Shown: one piece after another, positions 13,455 through 26,690 of the stretch | Numbering within the stretch: the first letter of the stretch is position 1 | Layout of the letters: the number at the start of each line of letters is the position of its first letter | Assembly (NCBI RefSeq): GCF_006345805.1 | Contig: NC_043004.1 | Coordinates: forward strand, 5,766,001-5,830,000 | Direction: 5' to 3' | DNA: 64,000 nt | DNA from: Octopus sinensis | Taxonomy: Eukaryota | The notes under the pieces: generated by a model | What the model saw: only the letters and a program-made list of their open reading frames with translations | Told to the model about the DNA's origin: nothing | The model's database searches: none | Made by a program: the position numbers and the translations under genes

Positions 13455-13740
13455 AAGTTTGCTTCATAACTACATGGTTTTGAGTTTAGTCCCACTGGGT
13501 GACACTTTGGGCGTCTTCTGCTATAACCCCGAGCCAACAAAAACTCTCTGGGTGTAAGTGGCAGAGAGAAACAAAAAGAAGCCTGTCTTATATGCTTGCA
13601 TATATATGTTTGTCTCTCCTTGCCTAGACATTACATGATAGTTATAAATGTGTGTCGCCATCATGCAACTTGGTTGTCCTTCATTTCCAATCTTCTTGGA
13701 AACAGGTGAAAGTTGGTGACAGGAAAAGTATCCAGATGAT
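13455..13740 (+). mobile_element. SINE with family A head and family E tail
   Basis: Head agtttagtcccactgggtgacactttggg; tail ggaaacaggtgaaagttggtgacaggaa; same composite as 36185-36605. Confidence 0.6.
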
Positions 13741-14618
13741 GCTTCTTGTTGGGGTAAATGTCTTCATAGCTCAATGAACATTTTGTCAACTGCTAATCAC
13801 CTCAATTAAACAAGCAGCTGTGGAATCTTTTATAAGCCAGGAAAACTCTAAGGTGAAGTTCTTGCGCATATCGCTAGCAACGTTGTTCTTGTAATAATTA
13901 ATTATAGAAGGTAGTGATATAAATTAATTAGCAAAAATGGTATAACGATGGACTAAATGCCTATTTGTAGTTAGTTTTATCCATCTACATTCGGAGTTAA
14001 AATCTTGTCCCTTCTCTCTCCAAACTGAAACTGTACAATGTTGAAGTAGTAGTTGCTTAGTCAAGATAGAATTAACTAAATTTATACACACCAGCAAATT
14101 TACTGGTTACTGTTCTTACATACCAAACTATGGTTCTGTTAGGGCAGCAAAGGATGAATTCGGTATTCATGGCTGATGATGCGTAACAATGCAAAAACAC
14201 TGGTGTCCCATGACCCAATATCATTGTTCATAATGCAGTGTGTTTTCACATGTTGTATATGAGGAGAAATTTCTCCTGAGGCTATTTCCACAGTGAAAGG
14301 TCTTCCCACATTCAAGTGTACACAAGGTATTCAACACATATGTATGTATGTGTGTGTGTGTGGAAGTAGATGGGTTAGTGGTTAGGATGTTGGACTCATG
14401 CTCATAAGATTGTGGTTTCAATTCCTGGATCAGATGATGCATTGTGTTCTTGGGCAAAACTCTTCATTTCTCGTTGCTGGCAAAAGTGAGTAATCCTATG
14501 ATGGCCCAGCATCCCACCTAGCAGGAAATATATGCACAACAGAAAACAACAAACCAGACCTATGACTCATAGTATGAATCAGTATGACTCAACAAGGATC
14601 TTTATCCTATATATATAT

Positions 14619-14830
14619 ACTAGCAGAGATACCCAGCATTGCATGTGTTACATGCAATTGAAGAATTAGACTTTTCTGTTATATTTTCTGTAATGAACTG
14701 GAATATCTGTTTCGAATTTCATCAAAATTGCAGATAAGGGTTATTTCCCTCTTTACACACCCTAAAAAAAATTGTAATCGTGCCACATGTATCCTATACT
14801 ACTGATTTTTATGTGCATATTCCAAAATTC
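14619..14830 (+). mobile_element. Possible Helitron/HINE-like non-autonomous remnant
   Basis: Starts tactagcagagatacccagcattgc after a TA run, resembling ACTAG...ACCCGGCGTTGC starts of rolling-circle MITEs (recall only). Confidence 0.3.
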
Positions 14831-15029
14831 CAGTCTTATTGAACCTGTTAAAAGGATTTTGCACCTGAAAAATGAAGGTCATGGAGCTCTAAAATGTGAG
14901 AGTTAAGGCCCCTGTTGGGGGTGGGTGTCTTAATGTCAAGCAGAGAAGTTGAATTGTTGAGAATCTTTTTAACTTGGGTCTTATATCTATTGTTTGAATT
15001 TCTTTGAAATAGGAAATATACAGGTACAA

Positions 15030-15175
15030 CAGAAACAGGAGGAAAGAGTGAGAGAAAGTTGTGGTGAAAGAGTACAGCAGGGTTCGCCACTACCCCCTGC
15101 CGGAGCTGTCTGGGAATCGAAACTGTGATCCCATGACTGTCTGTCTGCTGCCCTAACCAATGGGCCATTGAACCT

Positions 15176-15180
<5 letters not shown>
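15030..15180 (-). mobile_element. tRNA-derived SINE family D, partial
   Basis: Reverse complement of 30383-30560 (ggcagggggtggtggcga.ccctgctgtactctttc.ccacaactttctctcactctttc). Confidence 0.75.
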
Positions 15181-15231
<51 letters not shown>

Positions 15232-15440
15232 GAGTTAATAAAAGACTTACTTGTAGAGTATGATGTATCATTTCAGCCAATTTGGAAGATAGACAATATT
15301 GCCACAAACATAATATTTTTCAATCTAAATTTCAATGTACCTCTGTAGTGGTGGCTAGTTTCCTGTATCATTATAAATATTATTGCTTTTCAGCCATCCC
15401 ACTTAGGCTTAATTCTTTCATCCAGACAAGAAACAATTTT

Positions 15441-15479
<39 letters not shown>

Positions 15480-15494
15480 CCTGCAAAACTATCA

Positions 15495-15645
15495 TCATCA
15501 TTATCATCATTTAATGACTGTTGCCCATGCTGGCATGGGCTGGATGATTTGACTAGAGCTGGCATGCTGGGGAGCTGGTTTCTATGGCTGGATGCCCTTC
15601 CTAATGCCAACCACTTTACATGGTATGCTGGGTGCTTTTATGTGG
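15495..15645 (+). mobile_element. SINE family C
   Basis: catcattatcatcatttaa...ggatgcccttcctaatgccaaccactttac. Confidence 0.75.
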
Positions 15646-16028
15646 CTCTTCTGCTGTGGAGTGCAGGTCTTCTTGAGTACATCAAGGTGTCAGGCATCTG
15701 GGTCCTTTGTCATCTCATCTGAAAGGTTCAGTAATCAGAGGCTGTTCTTCAGTACTTCATCTGATATATACCTTATTAATTAGTTGTTTGTTAAGGTTAT
15801 AAAGTATCTGTTTTTTACATACACTGAGTTGTTGCTTTAACTGAATCAGTTAACCAAACTCAACAAGTTAGGTTTCCGTAAGAAGCCTACGAAACTTTAA
15901 GTTGCATGGAGCCAAATCAAATTGTTTTAAATAATCTATGGAACTCCTACTAAACGTCTTGAGTGCCTCTTTCTTTCATTTGTCCACTCACCTGCGTATA
16001 TGTGTGTGTGTGTGTATCTATCTATTTG

Positions 16029-16088
<60 letters not shown>

Positions 16089-18113
16089 ATCAAGTCCTTC
16101 CTGACCTTGTCTGTGTTGTGGCCATATTTAAAACAATTATAAAGAATACAGAGACTGGCTCATCTCCAAACTTTTCTTTTAATTTTACAGTTGGTCACAG
16201 AGCATAATTAGTTCAATATATATTACAAGTTAGTCAGTTGCTCCACAGAACTTTGGAATCTACTCCATCTGTTCAAAAGATTTAATGATTTTCCAAGCAC
16301 TTTTATCCTTTTAGACTATACTTACAAGAAAACATCAAAAGTTAAAATATGATATTGGTTTCTTTGTGGATACACTTGTTATTTTCCACTCTTATAATTC
16401 TTTTAACTGCATGTTCATCAGGGTATTAATATTTCATTATGTAGCATGGTAAATGGAAACCACATATCGTTTTGGTTGTTGTCAATTTCAGAGATTTTAC
16501 GGTAACGAAAAATTGCTCAAAGCATCATATCACATCCTGTCATATGTAGTAATGTTATGGGAAGTTTAGTTTTCCATTTTTATAATCCTCTAACCTATGG
16601 ATATTTTTATTACAAAATACCTCTTTACTAACACACCATCAACATTTCAAAATACACTTGTTTCATGTTTGAAATGTATATAATTTTTGCTGTAGAATGA
16701 AACTTGGCAACGTGGTGTGGGTATCATACCTATAGTAGTTTCACATTCATTAGAGTGTATTTAATTGCAGTTGCTATGATGAGTAGAAGCAGCTCATAAC
16801 CATATGAACATAAGCTCTTTTTTTTTTTTTTTAAAGTTCTGAAAGTTTAATACCCATGACATACTGCTGAGAGCTTCGTGTGTATCTCTTGTGTTTCTTT
16901 CCATGAACTTTTATACTTTTTATATTAAATGTAAGAATATACTTTGGTGTATACATAAATATGACTACATGCTGTATGTGAATGTTATCCCTGACTCCGA
17001 AGAGGCATTTCTGTCAGTGTGAAACCATTCTCTTTATTACACAGAATCCATAGAAAGTTTAGAAGAGAATATGTTTTGGTTTTTAGCTGCCTCAAGAAGG
17101 GAAAGTTTTTGATAGAATAAATATCATTAATATAGAGAATCAGTTGGGAGAGAGGCATTGTATTTAAGAAATTATTAATATTAGTATTCTATATTGATGC
17201 TACTATTATTGGTGAGCTGATAGAATCGTTAGCATACTGGGCAAGATGCTTTAGCATGTTTTCTATGATTAGATGCCCTTCCTAATGCCAACCACCTTAC
17301 AATGGGTACTAAATGCTCTCTTTTGTGCCACCAGCAGTAGTGAGGTTGCCAACTTGCAAGACAGGAAAAGAATAGTAAGAAAGGAAAAAGAAACAGTAAC
17401 AGTTGATGGTAACTGCTAGTTTAGTGTCCTGAAGTTGTATTTTTCTGCTGTTTTTTCTTTGTCTTTCTATTTCTCTTGGAAATAGACTTGTTCTGTTCCA
17501 TACTGTTAGTGTTATTATTGTTATTCCTTTTACATCGAACAAGATTGAAGACTAGAGTTCCCCCTTGTACTTCTACATTTATTCAATTCAAATTTCCCCT
17601 CAAAACTAAAATAAGGACGGAGAAGAGAATTTATTTCCAAAGGTCCGTGAAAAGGTTTGAATTGCTGCAACTGCAGGAACCAAATTTTTGGTTTTGTCTC
17701 CTAATTAGCAGAAGAGTCAAAATCAGGCATTGATAGCAAATAGATATATGGGAGCCTGTATGTGGTCGCTTGACATGCAAAAAAGAGCAGTCAAATCTCC
17801 TTTCTGTCACACTTTGCTATCTTAGAAATGAAGAACATAACCATACAGTTAGGAATTGTTTCCCTTCATCATAGCAATAGCAGCCAGAACTAATTACTTT
17901 AATGTGAGTTAAAAAAGGTGAAGAACTACAATGTGCTACTCATACCTTGTTTCCAAGTTTCAAGCAGTCTTGGAGTCATTTTATCTAAAGAAAAACAATG
18001 GTGGGATGGTCACAACTGGAACGTCTTTGATCATAGGTCTGTTAGATCAGAGTTGACCTGGGGCAAAACAACTGCAACAACAACAGCATTTATAACTTTA
18101 TATTTCACATGTT

Positions 18114-18480
18114 TTATTACCTCCACCTTAGCGAAGGTTGGAGGTATTGTTTTCAGATGTGTTTGTTTATTTGTTTGTCCATGGACAAGATATCTCAAGG
18201 ACTGCTGGATGGATTCAGATAAAACTTTCAGGGATGTTTGACCTCATGACTGGCATGAACTGATTATATTTTGGGATCGATCAGGCACCAGACAAGGATT
18301 CTGGATTATTTTTCCTGTTTTTTTACTTGATTTTTGAGAGTGGTCAGGTTCATTTTCAGTATTCCCATTTGTGAGAGCAGTCGAGTTTATTTCAGATATT
18401 CTCATTTTAAAAATCATTCTTGGCTAATCGTTGAGAGGACATCAGTGTTACCTTGGCGGAGGTTTGCACTCTCTACTCTT
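18114..18480 (+). mobile_element. Helentron/DINE-1-like non-autonomous element
   Basis: 5' acctccacc with a nearby inverted ggttggaggt, a (gttt)n-like tract, 3' subterminal ccttggcggaggt and T-rich flanks; second copy at 53584-53906. Confidence 0.65.
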
Positions 18481-18719
18481 GTTTTATTATATTTTTGTAC
18501 ACATTTTTTATAGTTATCATTGCTTTTAATCTCATGCCATTATATTGAATAAAGAAATAAAGTTTTGTTATTTAGTAATTCCAGTCAGCACATCACGCAT
18601 TTGCCACTAGGAATCAGAAAAGCATAAGTGATGCTATTTATTTTACCTTTATATTTCTCCTTGTGAATCCAAGACTTAGCAATGTAACCCTTTCCTCCAT
18701 AGATAAATAATATTTCTAA

Positions 18720-18930
18720 TTTTGGGACAAGGCCAGTAACTTTGAGGAGAAGGGGAGTCGGTTACATCAACCCTAGTGTTCAACTGGTATTTATTTTATC
18801 AACCCCAAAAGGGTGAAAGGCAAAAGTCGACTTTGACAAGATTTGAACTCTGAATGTGAAGAGTCAGAAGAATCACCACAAAGCATTTTGTCTGGTGTAG
18901 TAATGATTCTGCTAAGTCACCACTTTAGAT
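18720..18930 (-). mobile_element. SINE family B
   Basis: aaaagggtgaaaggcaaaagtcgac...atttgaactctgaatg is the reverse complement of the consensus. Confidence 0.75.
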
Positions 18931-19464
18931 AAAGAAACAATAAACCCATCAATAAATCTGGCAATTTGCAAATTTTGAAGTAGGAATATTAGAATATTTT
19001 AACTGTTGATTTTCTCTTTTGCCAATTCCTTTGCTCTAAATATTAGATAATAACAACTATTCAGCACTAAATTTAATTTTTTGCAAAAATAACTACTGAG
19101 TTCTCGTTTTGATTTCTACTTCCCTGATATTCTATACAGTTTGACTACATTTGAGAGTTACATTGTCACTGCGATGTTTATGCTAACATCACGGCAGTGG
19201 TTTGAAGAAAAACATCTGTTGTGACTGTGGGACAAACCTAAACAACATATTCACCTTACAACAGCTGCACTTAACACCACAAGCAAAAAAAAAAAATTAA
19301 GATCACTGTGAAAAAAATTATCATTACTGTCTGGCCATAGATAAGCAAAGATTTACTTCATTTTTATTGGAAATAATACTTTTTGCTTAGTTGTTTTCTT
19401 TCTTTTTTTTATATATATAAAATTTCAATGTTGTTTTGTATTTTCTTTTTCTTTTCCATTCCAG

Positions 19465-19615
19465 CCTTGAAAAAGATATCCTACTTTTGAAACAACAGAA
19501 CAATGTCTTACATTCATCTTCTGCCAGTATGCACACAAGCCATTCCACAAGCCCCACCCCAACATCATTGAACTCCTATCAGGATGGTTCCACTCTCAAC
19601 GACCCTAATGCCCAG
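19465..19615 (+). CDS. CAP-Gly gene exon (first located): LEKDILLLKQQNNV...DPNAQ, coiled-coil-like start
   Basis: Polypyrimidine tract plus ccag acceptor and CAG|gtatat donor; phase 0 joins 25685 in frame. Confidence 0.65.
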
Positions 19616-21421
19616 GTATATACAAACGAGTCTTGCTTCATATGTATTTCAACATCACCATTGCATCAACTTCCAATCTTCCTCTTTATAGATTTATATC
19701 TTTGCCAAACTTATAGATGAGCTGATTCTTTCAGAATTGCAGCTGGCTTCTGATTAGAATGTATCTGGGGAGATTTAGGGAGCAATCTATCTTAGCAAAG
19801 GCTTACTTTTTAAATTTTTTCTTTTTTTCTTTTTCATTTTTCAGAGTAAGAGAGGTGAAGCAGGAGTGAATGTAAAAATTATTAATACTAGCTTCTTAGA
19901 TGTCAGACTGTATAACTAATCAACTGCTTGATATTCACATGGTAAATAATTGGTAGCTTGCTTTCATAGATGTGCCAAGAGGAAAGCTGATGGTTTCTTT
20001 TAAGTAGATCAGATTTATAAGTTGGAATTTTGGGTTAGTTACTAATCTGGATGATAGCTCTGTCGTCTGTAGCTAATTATGGTGTAGTTGCTAAGGATTG
20101 GCTTAAAATATGGCAAGAGACTATTAGAGATCTGAAACTAAATATCAAAGAAACTTGATAATGACATATTTTTTAAACTAATCCAGTAAAGGAAGAAACT
20201 TGATTTCTTCAGACAAATTCAGAATGTGTTGTTGACATAAACTGTCAGCTCACTGATTTTAGTGAGTTGGTGGAGGGGCTTAAAAACTCACTTTACAATT
20301 GTATATCATCATCATCATCATCGTTGTCGGCGTCATTGAAGAAATCACCTACATCTCTACAGGCTGGTATAAATGAGATGGGTTTTCTTGGCCACGTTTA
20401 GCACCACCCATGCTTAGCTCAACACAAGATGTGTTACCTTCAATACAGCACAAGGAGCCACACCTCTCTCTCTCTCTCTCTCTCTCCTCCTTCGTGAAAT
20501 ATTACACAGAGGCTGTTTCAGGATATCCATACTCTGAGATATGTTATCTTTACTACACCACAGTCTACAGTTGTTGCGAGACTCTTTTTTTTTTTTACAT
20601 ACACTGTGCTTTTTATTTAAGAATATCCGTTTTCTTTTGCTAGGTTGCTTTTACAAGAGTAAGTTTTAAACATATTCAAACACACGTTTATGTTGATTTT
20701 GTTTAACAACATACCACTATAGGATTTACTGAAATAACATCCCAGCAACTGTAGGTTTAAGATACATTTTGAAAAATATTTACAAAACTAATGTATTAGC
20801 TATCAATATTTTTAAGTACTGTTTTAATTTATTTCTGATAAAAACAATTCCACTGTTGTTTAAATTAAATTAACACACTATTTCTTTGAACTTACATCAA
20901 AATCCATTTGCTTCTCATTTCATAATATCCATAAGAATATGCTGATAATAATACTTGATAAAATTTGCCTAATATCCATATCGTCATATGCTGATAATTA
21001 CGTTTGATAAAACTTTTATTCGTTTACCCTAAGTTTGATTTCACCTACACCCCACAACGATATGGTGAAGATTTTTGCCAGTACAACACTGACACAAAAA
21101 TAGTATCTCTATCAGACGACACTGGCAGATCAGAGAAAAACATATTACTTTGATAAAATGATTTGTTTGCAGATAACAATTTATTTATTTGTTTATTCAT
21201 TTATTTTAGAACAGACTCAGAAAAATCCTTCTAAATTTTAACAAATTAACTATTGTTTTACTTTATATCAGGAGAGAGAGAGATGTATAAATAGATAAAT
21301 ATGTTGATACATGTGATAATGGATGTTCTTATTTGTAACTAAATATTGAGCATTATTCTCCTGCCTTGCTTGTCAATTTGACAAATATTTTATCTTCTAC
21401 AATGTTATATTTTCTATCCTT

Positions 21422-21456
<35 letters not shown>

Positions 21457-22370
21457 CCATCCTTTAAACTTTTATCATTATTTGATATGTCACTGAATCT
21501 CTACCTCATGACTCACAACGTCTTGTCTCACTGCATGCACGTAATAAATTGCATCTTTGAACCTTTGTTGTTGTTGTCATTGTCAGCATCATCACTGCTA
21601 CAGCTGCCATTTTTGTTGCTGTTCAGAGCTGAGATCTACCAGGAGCCACCATTGTTGTAGCAACAGAAGGTCAACTTTATCTTTTCATCTTTGCAGGATT
21701 GATAAAAATAAGTGCTAGCTGAGAACTGAGGTTAATCTAATTGACTGTATCCACCTCCTTTAATACTCATCAGAAGGAACACTACTCATAGCCTGTGTAG
21801 TCCTTCCTTAATTGGCAGGGTGACTTACAAAGAGCTGCTATTCTGGACATAATGGCTTTAGTAAAATATTTATAGTAAGGGATTTGAGGGATGAGGGACA
21901 AGAGATGGAAAGACAGGTGTATTAGGCAGGCTTAGGTGGGAGCAGTACACAACTTACTAGCATCATGAATCGTTGTTGCTGCAATAAAAGGTACAACAGT
22001 AGGACACATCATGTTGGTGATTCATCTATTGTTGTGTGTTGGTGAGTGAAAAGTGTATGGAGCAAAAACTATCAGTTAGATGGCCTTTTGAGTGGGGGAT
22101 GGGATTATCATAGCTGAGTGGTTAGGGCATTAAGGGATCATCATTATAAAGTTATGGTTTCAATTCCTAGACCAGATGGTGTGTTGTGTCCTTGAGCAAG
22201 ACATTTCAGTTCTTGTTGCCTCAGTTCACCCTACTGAAAATGAGAACTGGTTAGGTGCTGGTGTAGCCCTCACTCTTTGTCCAGCTATCACATCTTGGAT
22301 GTTCTACTGGGACAAAGGCAACAGGACTGACAGGGTATATGTCTGCTTGCAATTACATTATATTATTTAT

Positions 22371-22599
22371 TTAACCCTTTAGCATTCAGATCAATCCATC
22401 AACTGTACTGCTTAATGTATCTACATTGTTTCAAATTAATCATGTATTATCTCATAGCTTCATGATTTTGATGATGTGGTTGTTTATGTTTAGAGTGACA
22501 TTGTAAGGTAGGTGTGAGAGGCCAGATCTGGCCAGTTTGACCATAAAACAAATCAAATACTTGGGCCGGATATGGCCTGTTTGAATGCTAAAGGGTTAA
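22371..22599. mobile_element. piggyBac-type MITE
   Basis: TTAA on both sides and perfect 14-bp TIRs ccctttagcattca / tgaatgctaaaggg. Confidence 0.85.
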
Positions 22600-22770
22600 G
22601 CCCTTTGCTCCATATGGAACATTAGCCATCAATGCCTTGTCTCCACTGTCCTAAACTCTGGGCTGTCTTTTCTACTTCTTTCCAGTTGAATCCCAGTCTT
22701 TTCAACTCTGCCTCAGTATCTCAATATTTTTAGTGTGTCCTCTCTACCACCTCTCTTGCAGGTTCATATA
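22600..22770 (-). mobile_element. RTE-clade LINE 3' remnant
   Basis: Minus translation EAELKRLGFNWKEVEKTAQSLGQWRQ resembles RTE ORF ends; homologous to 34540-34650. Confidence 0.5.
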
Positions 22771-23730
22771 TTTCCCTGAGGGAAGGCCCCTTTCCCAGGT
22801 CTTGCTGGTTTTCTATTGTCATTAATGCTTCTGTAACATTGCCTTTTTTCTAAGGTAGGAGTGTTGACTCCTGCACAAACCTATTTTTACCTCTGTGAAG
22901 AGGTGGTCCTCAGGGTTGTTCAGACACATAGGCAGCTAAAACAGTAAGCAAAAGCATGCCACATAATACTACCTAAATGTTAGATACACTTGCAAAATAT
23001 GGCTATGTTTCTTGTCTTTGTGTGTGTGTGTGTGTGTGTAATAATCACACTGTTCTAAATATGTGAGCAATACTCTGGGATGAACTTGTGCCCAGCAGAT
23101 AATCTAAATACATTACTGGCCCTGAGAAAAAAAGGCATTTTTTACTGTTATAGACATGTGGTTGCTATAGAAACTCATCAGAGATTTTTGAAGTCTAAAA
23201 TTTAATAAAGTTTGTGATGGTTTTGTTGTATATTGCTCATGAATAATAAAGATATGGTGTTATTGGAGTTTCTTTTATGTGTGATGACGGTGGCAGTGGC
23301 AGCAGCAGAAGTGGCTGCTGTTGGTTTTTTTCTCTGGATGCTGATAAATGAGGCTAGGTTGTGGTCCCTTTTGGGATTACGAGATTGTTGTTCATAGGAA
23401 GCAGTGCATATCTGGAGTGAGATGTGTCTACATCACATAGTTTCAGTTTTTATGAATAACTATGTCATAAATCATTTGCAATATTTTCTTTCATCATCCT
23501 CATTATGTTGCTTGAGATGTAAAACAATAAATGTTCTGGGGTTTTGTTTTTTTTGTTAAAATTATTATTAAATTTTCAATAGCTGCATGGGATAATATTC
23601 TATTACACAACTATGTGCGCTCGTGTTTTTAATGTTTGTGCAGCATTGTTTTGAATGGGGATAGAACTGTGTTTGCAACTTTTAAAAAAATTATCACCAC
23701 CACCACCACCATTATTATTATTATTATTAC

Positions 23731-24691
23731 TTTTTTTTTTCCTCTTTCAAATTTGCTTCCATTTCTTGCCGAGTGTCTTCCCGACTCCTAGGGCAAAGAA
23801 ACTCATAGTACACACCGGTAGGCCATCAAACCAAACTCAATAGTTCGTTCATTTTTTTTTTTTTTTTTAAGTTAAATTAAAATACATGGGTAGTAATAAT
23901 TCTCACATCGACAATGCTCTTCTCAATACGTGTGATGTACCAGTTAAGACAATCTTTTGCACTTCTTGCAGGGATGGTAAGCCAGGGATCATTCTCATAT
24001 AATTTTCGGTTCCCTTCTTGATCATTCCTAGTGCTCCTATGATCACTGGTATTGTAACCGCCTTGAGATGCCACATTTTCTCAATTTCAATGAGTAGGTC
24101 TTTATATTTTCTGAACTTGTCAAACTCTTTCGCTGAGATGTTATGATCACAGGGGATGCTCATGTCGATCAATAAGCAAACTTTATTGTTTTGGTCTTTC
24201 ACAACAATATCTGGTTTATTGGCCTTGATGGTTCGGTCTGTATGTACTGGAAAGTCCCACAGAATGGTTACATTTTCTCCTTCAGTTACAGCCTCAGGGT
24301 GGTGATTATACCACTTGTCAGCAGTTTTGATATTGTAATGCCGACTTATTAGCCAGTGTAGATATTGGCCAACTCTGTCATGTCTTAATTTATACTCCAC
24401 TGGTGCTAAGACTTTACATCCAGAGATTAGGTGGTCCACTGTTTCAATCATGTCGTTGCAGAATCGGCATTTTGGGTCTGCTCCATTTTTCATCACATTG
24501 GCCTGGTAGTTCCGGGTTAATAGGCTTTGATCTTGAGCAGCCAGGATGAAACCTTCGCTTTCTGCTTTTAGCCCTGAGCTCCGTAGCCACTGATGGGTTT
24601 GCTTCTGGTCAACATCAGCTTGTTTGCTGCGGGCCACATATTTGCCGTGCAGAGGTTTCTCCTCCCACCTATCAGCCAATTGCTTGTGCAC
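23731..24691 (-). mobile_element. 5'-truncated R4/Dong-clade (RLE-type) non-LTR retrotransposon
   Basis: Uninterrupted 262-aa ORF (23903-24691) with CCHC finger CRFC..ETVDHLISGC, RHD motif and KPD..D..IP..K..KY restriction-like endonuclease. It is followed by a 3' UTR and A10, and both ends abut (TAA)n. Confidence 0.9.
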
Positions 24692-24809
24692 ATTATTATT
24701 ATTATTATTATAATTATTATAATAATAATATGTTTGACTTTTGCTTTATGTCTGTACAAGTTGGCTCCAAGTCTCACCCAGAGACCTCAAGAGACAACAG
24801 GTTGGAAGT

Positions 24810-25000
24810 GCTGAGCAAAATGCTTAGCAACATTTCACCTGGCTTTACGTTCTGAATTCAAATTCTGCTGGGGTCGATTTTGCCTTTTATCCATTCAGGG
24901 TCGATAAAATAAGTACCAGTAGAACACTGGAGGCGATGTAATCGACTTGACCCCTCACCTCAAATTACTGGCTTTGTGTCAAAATTTGAAAGTAATTATA
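24810..25000 (+). mobile_element. SINE family B
   Basis: aaatgcttagc...ttacgttctgaattcaaattc...ggggtcgataaaataagtacc. Confidence 0.75.
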
Positions 25001-25155
25001 AAGGGACAGTAGGTTTGCAGAAGTGGACGGTGATGGACTTGTTTTTTATTGCAAAGTTTTTTTGTCTCTACATTCTGAGTTCAAATTGAGTATGGGTGAA
25101 TCTTGACTTTCTTTCTACCAGGGGTTGATAAAATAAGAAATAATCATATGTCGGT

Positions 25156-25550
25156 GCAGGAGTGGTTGTGTGGTAAGTAGCTTGCTTACCAACCACATGG
25201 TTCCAGGTTCAGTCCCACTGCATGGCACCTTGGGCAAGTGTCTTCTACTATAGCCTCAAGCTGACCAAAGCCTTGTGAGTGGATTTGGTAGATGGAAACT
25301 GAAAGAAGCCTGTTGTATATATATATATTATGTGTGTATGTGTTTGTATATCTATGTTTGTCTCCCCCACCATTGCTTGACAACTGATGTTGATGTGTTT
25401 ACGTCCCCGTAACAAAGCAGTTCAGCAAAAGAGACTGATAGAATAAGTACTAAGCTTACAAAGAATAAGTCCTGGGGTTGATTTGTTCAACTAAAGGCGG
25501 TGCTCCAGCATGGCCACCACAGTCAAATGACTGAAACAAATAAAAGAATA
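25156..25550 (+). mobile_element. SINE family A, full length
   Basis: Complete head-to-tail consensus match. Confidence 0.9.
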
Positions 25551-25684
25551 AAAAAAATCCCACACAAACTAATCAACAGCCCCCCCCCATCTTTTTTTTT
25601 AAACTTGGTCTTGTGTTAAGTCAAAAGATATTCTTATAATTTGATGTTAAATTATAAACTAAATGTTTTTATGTTTAATTTCAG

Positions 25685-26223
25685 GAAAGATCTCGTCCCT
25701 GCTCTCGATGTAGCCAGTCATCAAGTGTATTAAGTAATTCCCCAAAGACAGACAAACTGAGGGGTCATAAACTATCAGGATATTCCTACTCTCCTAACCA
25801 CAATAACAACAACCACAATAACAATAACAACAACAACAATAACAACAGCAGTAATGATGTTCACAGCATTACTCCTGTGATTAATAAACTCGCTGATAGC
25901 CCCACATCTCCCAGTCGGTTTCGTGCCTCCAAGTATGCTACAACACAGCCCAATTCATCAACAGAACCATCCCCTAAAACCTTACACAATGGCATTATCA
26001 CACAAGCAATTATTCATCATCCTCCTGATTCACGGCCAAACTCTACTGACCTCCCACCTGAATCTCCCACCAGCCTCTGTGATGTTCCGGCTGACGTATG
26101 TTCTCTTACTGAGTCCTCTTCTTCGGATCGACCAAGTGAAGAATTGACCGATGACGGTCATAAACGAAAGGATTCTTTACCAGAAATTGTATCAAAGCCA
26201 ATACCACATTTGCCAAAATCTAA
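25685..26223 (+). CDS. CAP-Gly gene exon: S/P-rich with poly-Asn (ERSRPCSRC...PHLPKS)
   Basis: tttcag acceptor, 539-nt open frame, AA|gtaagt donor (phase 2). Confidence 0.85.
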
Positions 26224-26521
26224 GTAAGTTGCTATCAAATATTTGTTATAATTCTAATTAAGAGCTGTTATTAATTGCTTGCCAAATCTTGAGTTGTTCT
26301 CAATAATACTCATAAATACTTTTCACCATCATCATCATCATCATCATTATTATTGGTGAAGGCACATGACCTAGTGGTTAGGATGTTGCACTCATGATTG
26401 CAACAAGGTTGAGAGCCATATCAGGCTTCATTGTCTTCTTTGGCATGGTTTCCACAGTTGGATGCCTTTCTTAATGCCAACCACTTTACAAAGTGTATTG
26501 AGTGCTTTTTACATGGCACCA

Positions 26522-26690
<169 letters not shown>

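Noticed and set aside
19846-19915. Extra CAP-Gly gene exon after a strong polypyrimidine-cag
   Set aside because: No convincing donor before the stop, and 19615 already joins 25685 in frame; may be a minor alternative acceptor
24689-24691. GTG start of the 262-aa ORF as a real gene start
   Set aside because: It coincides with the 5' truncation junction against (TAA)n; the RT domain is missing
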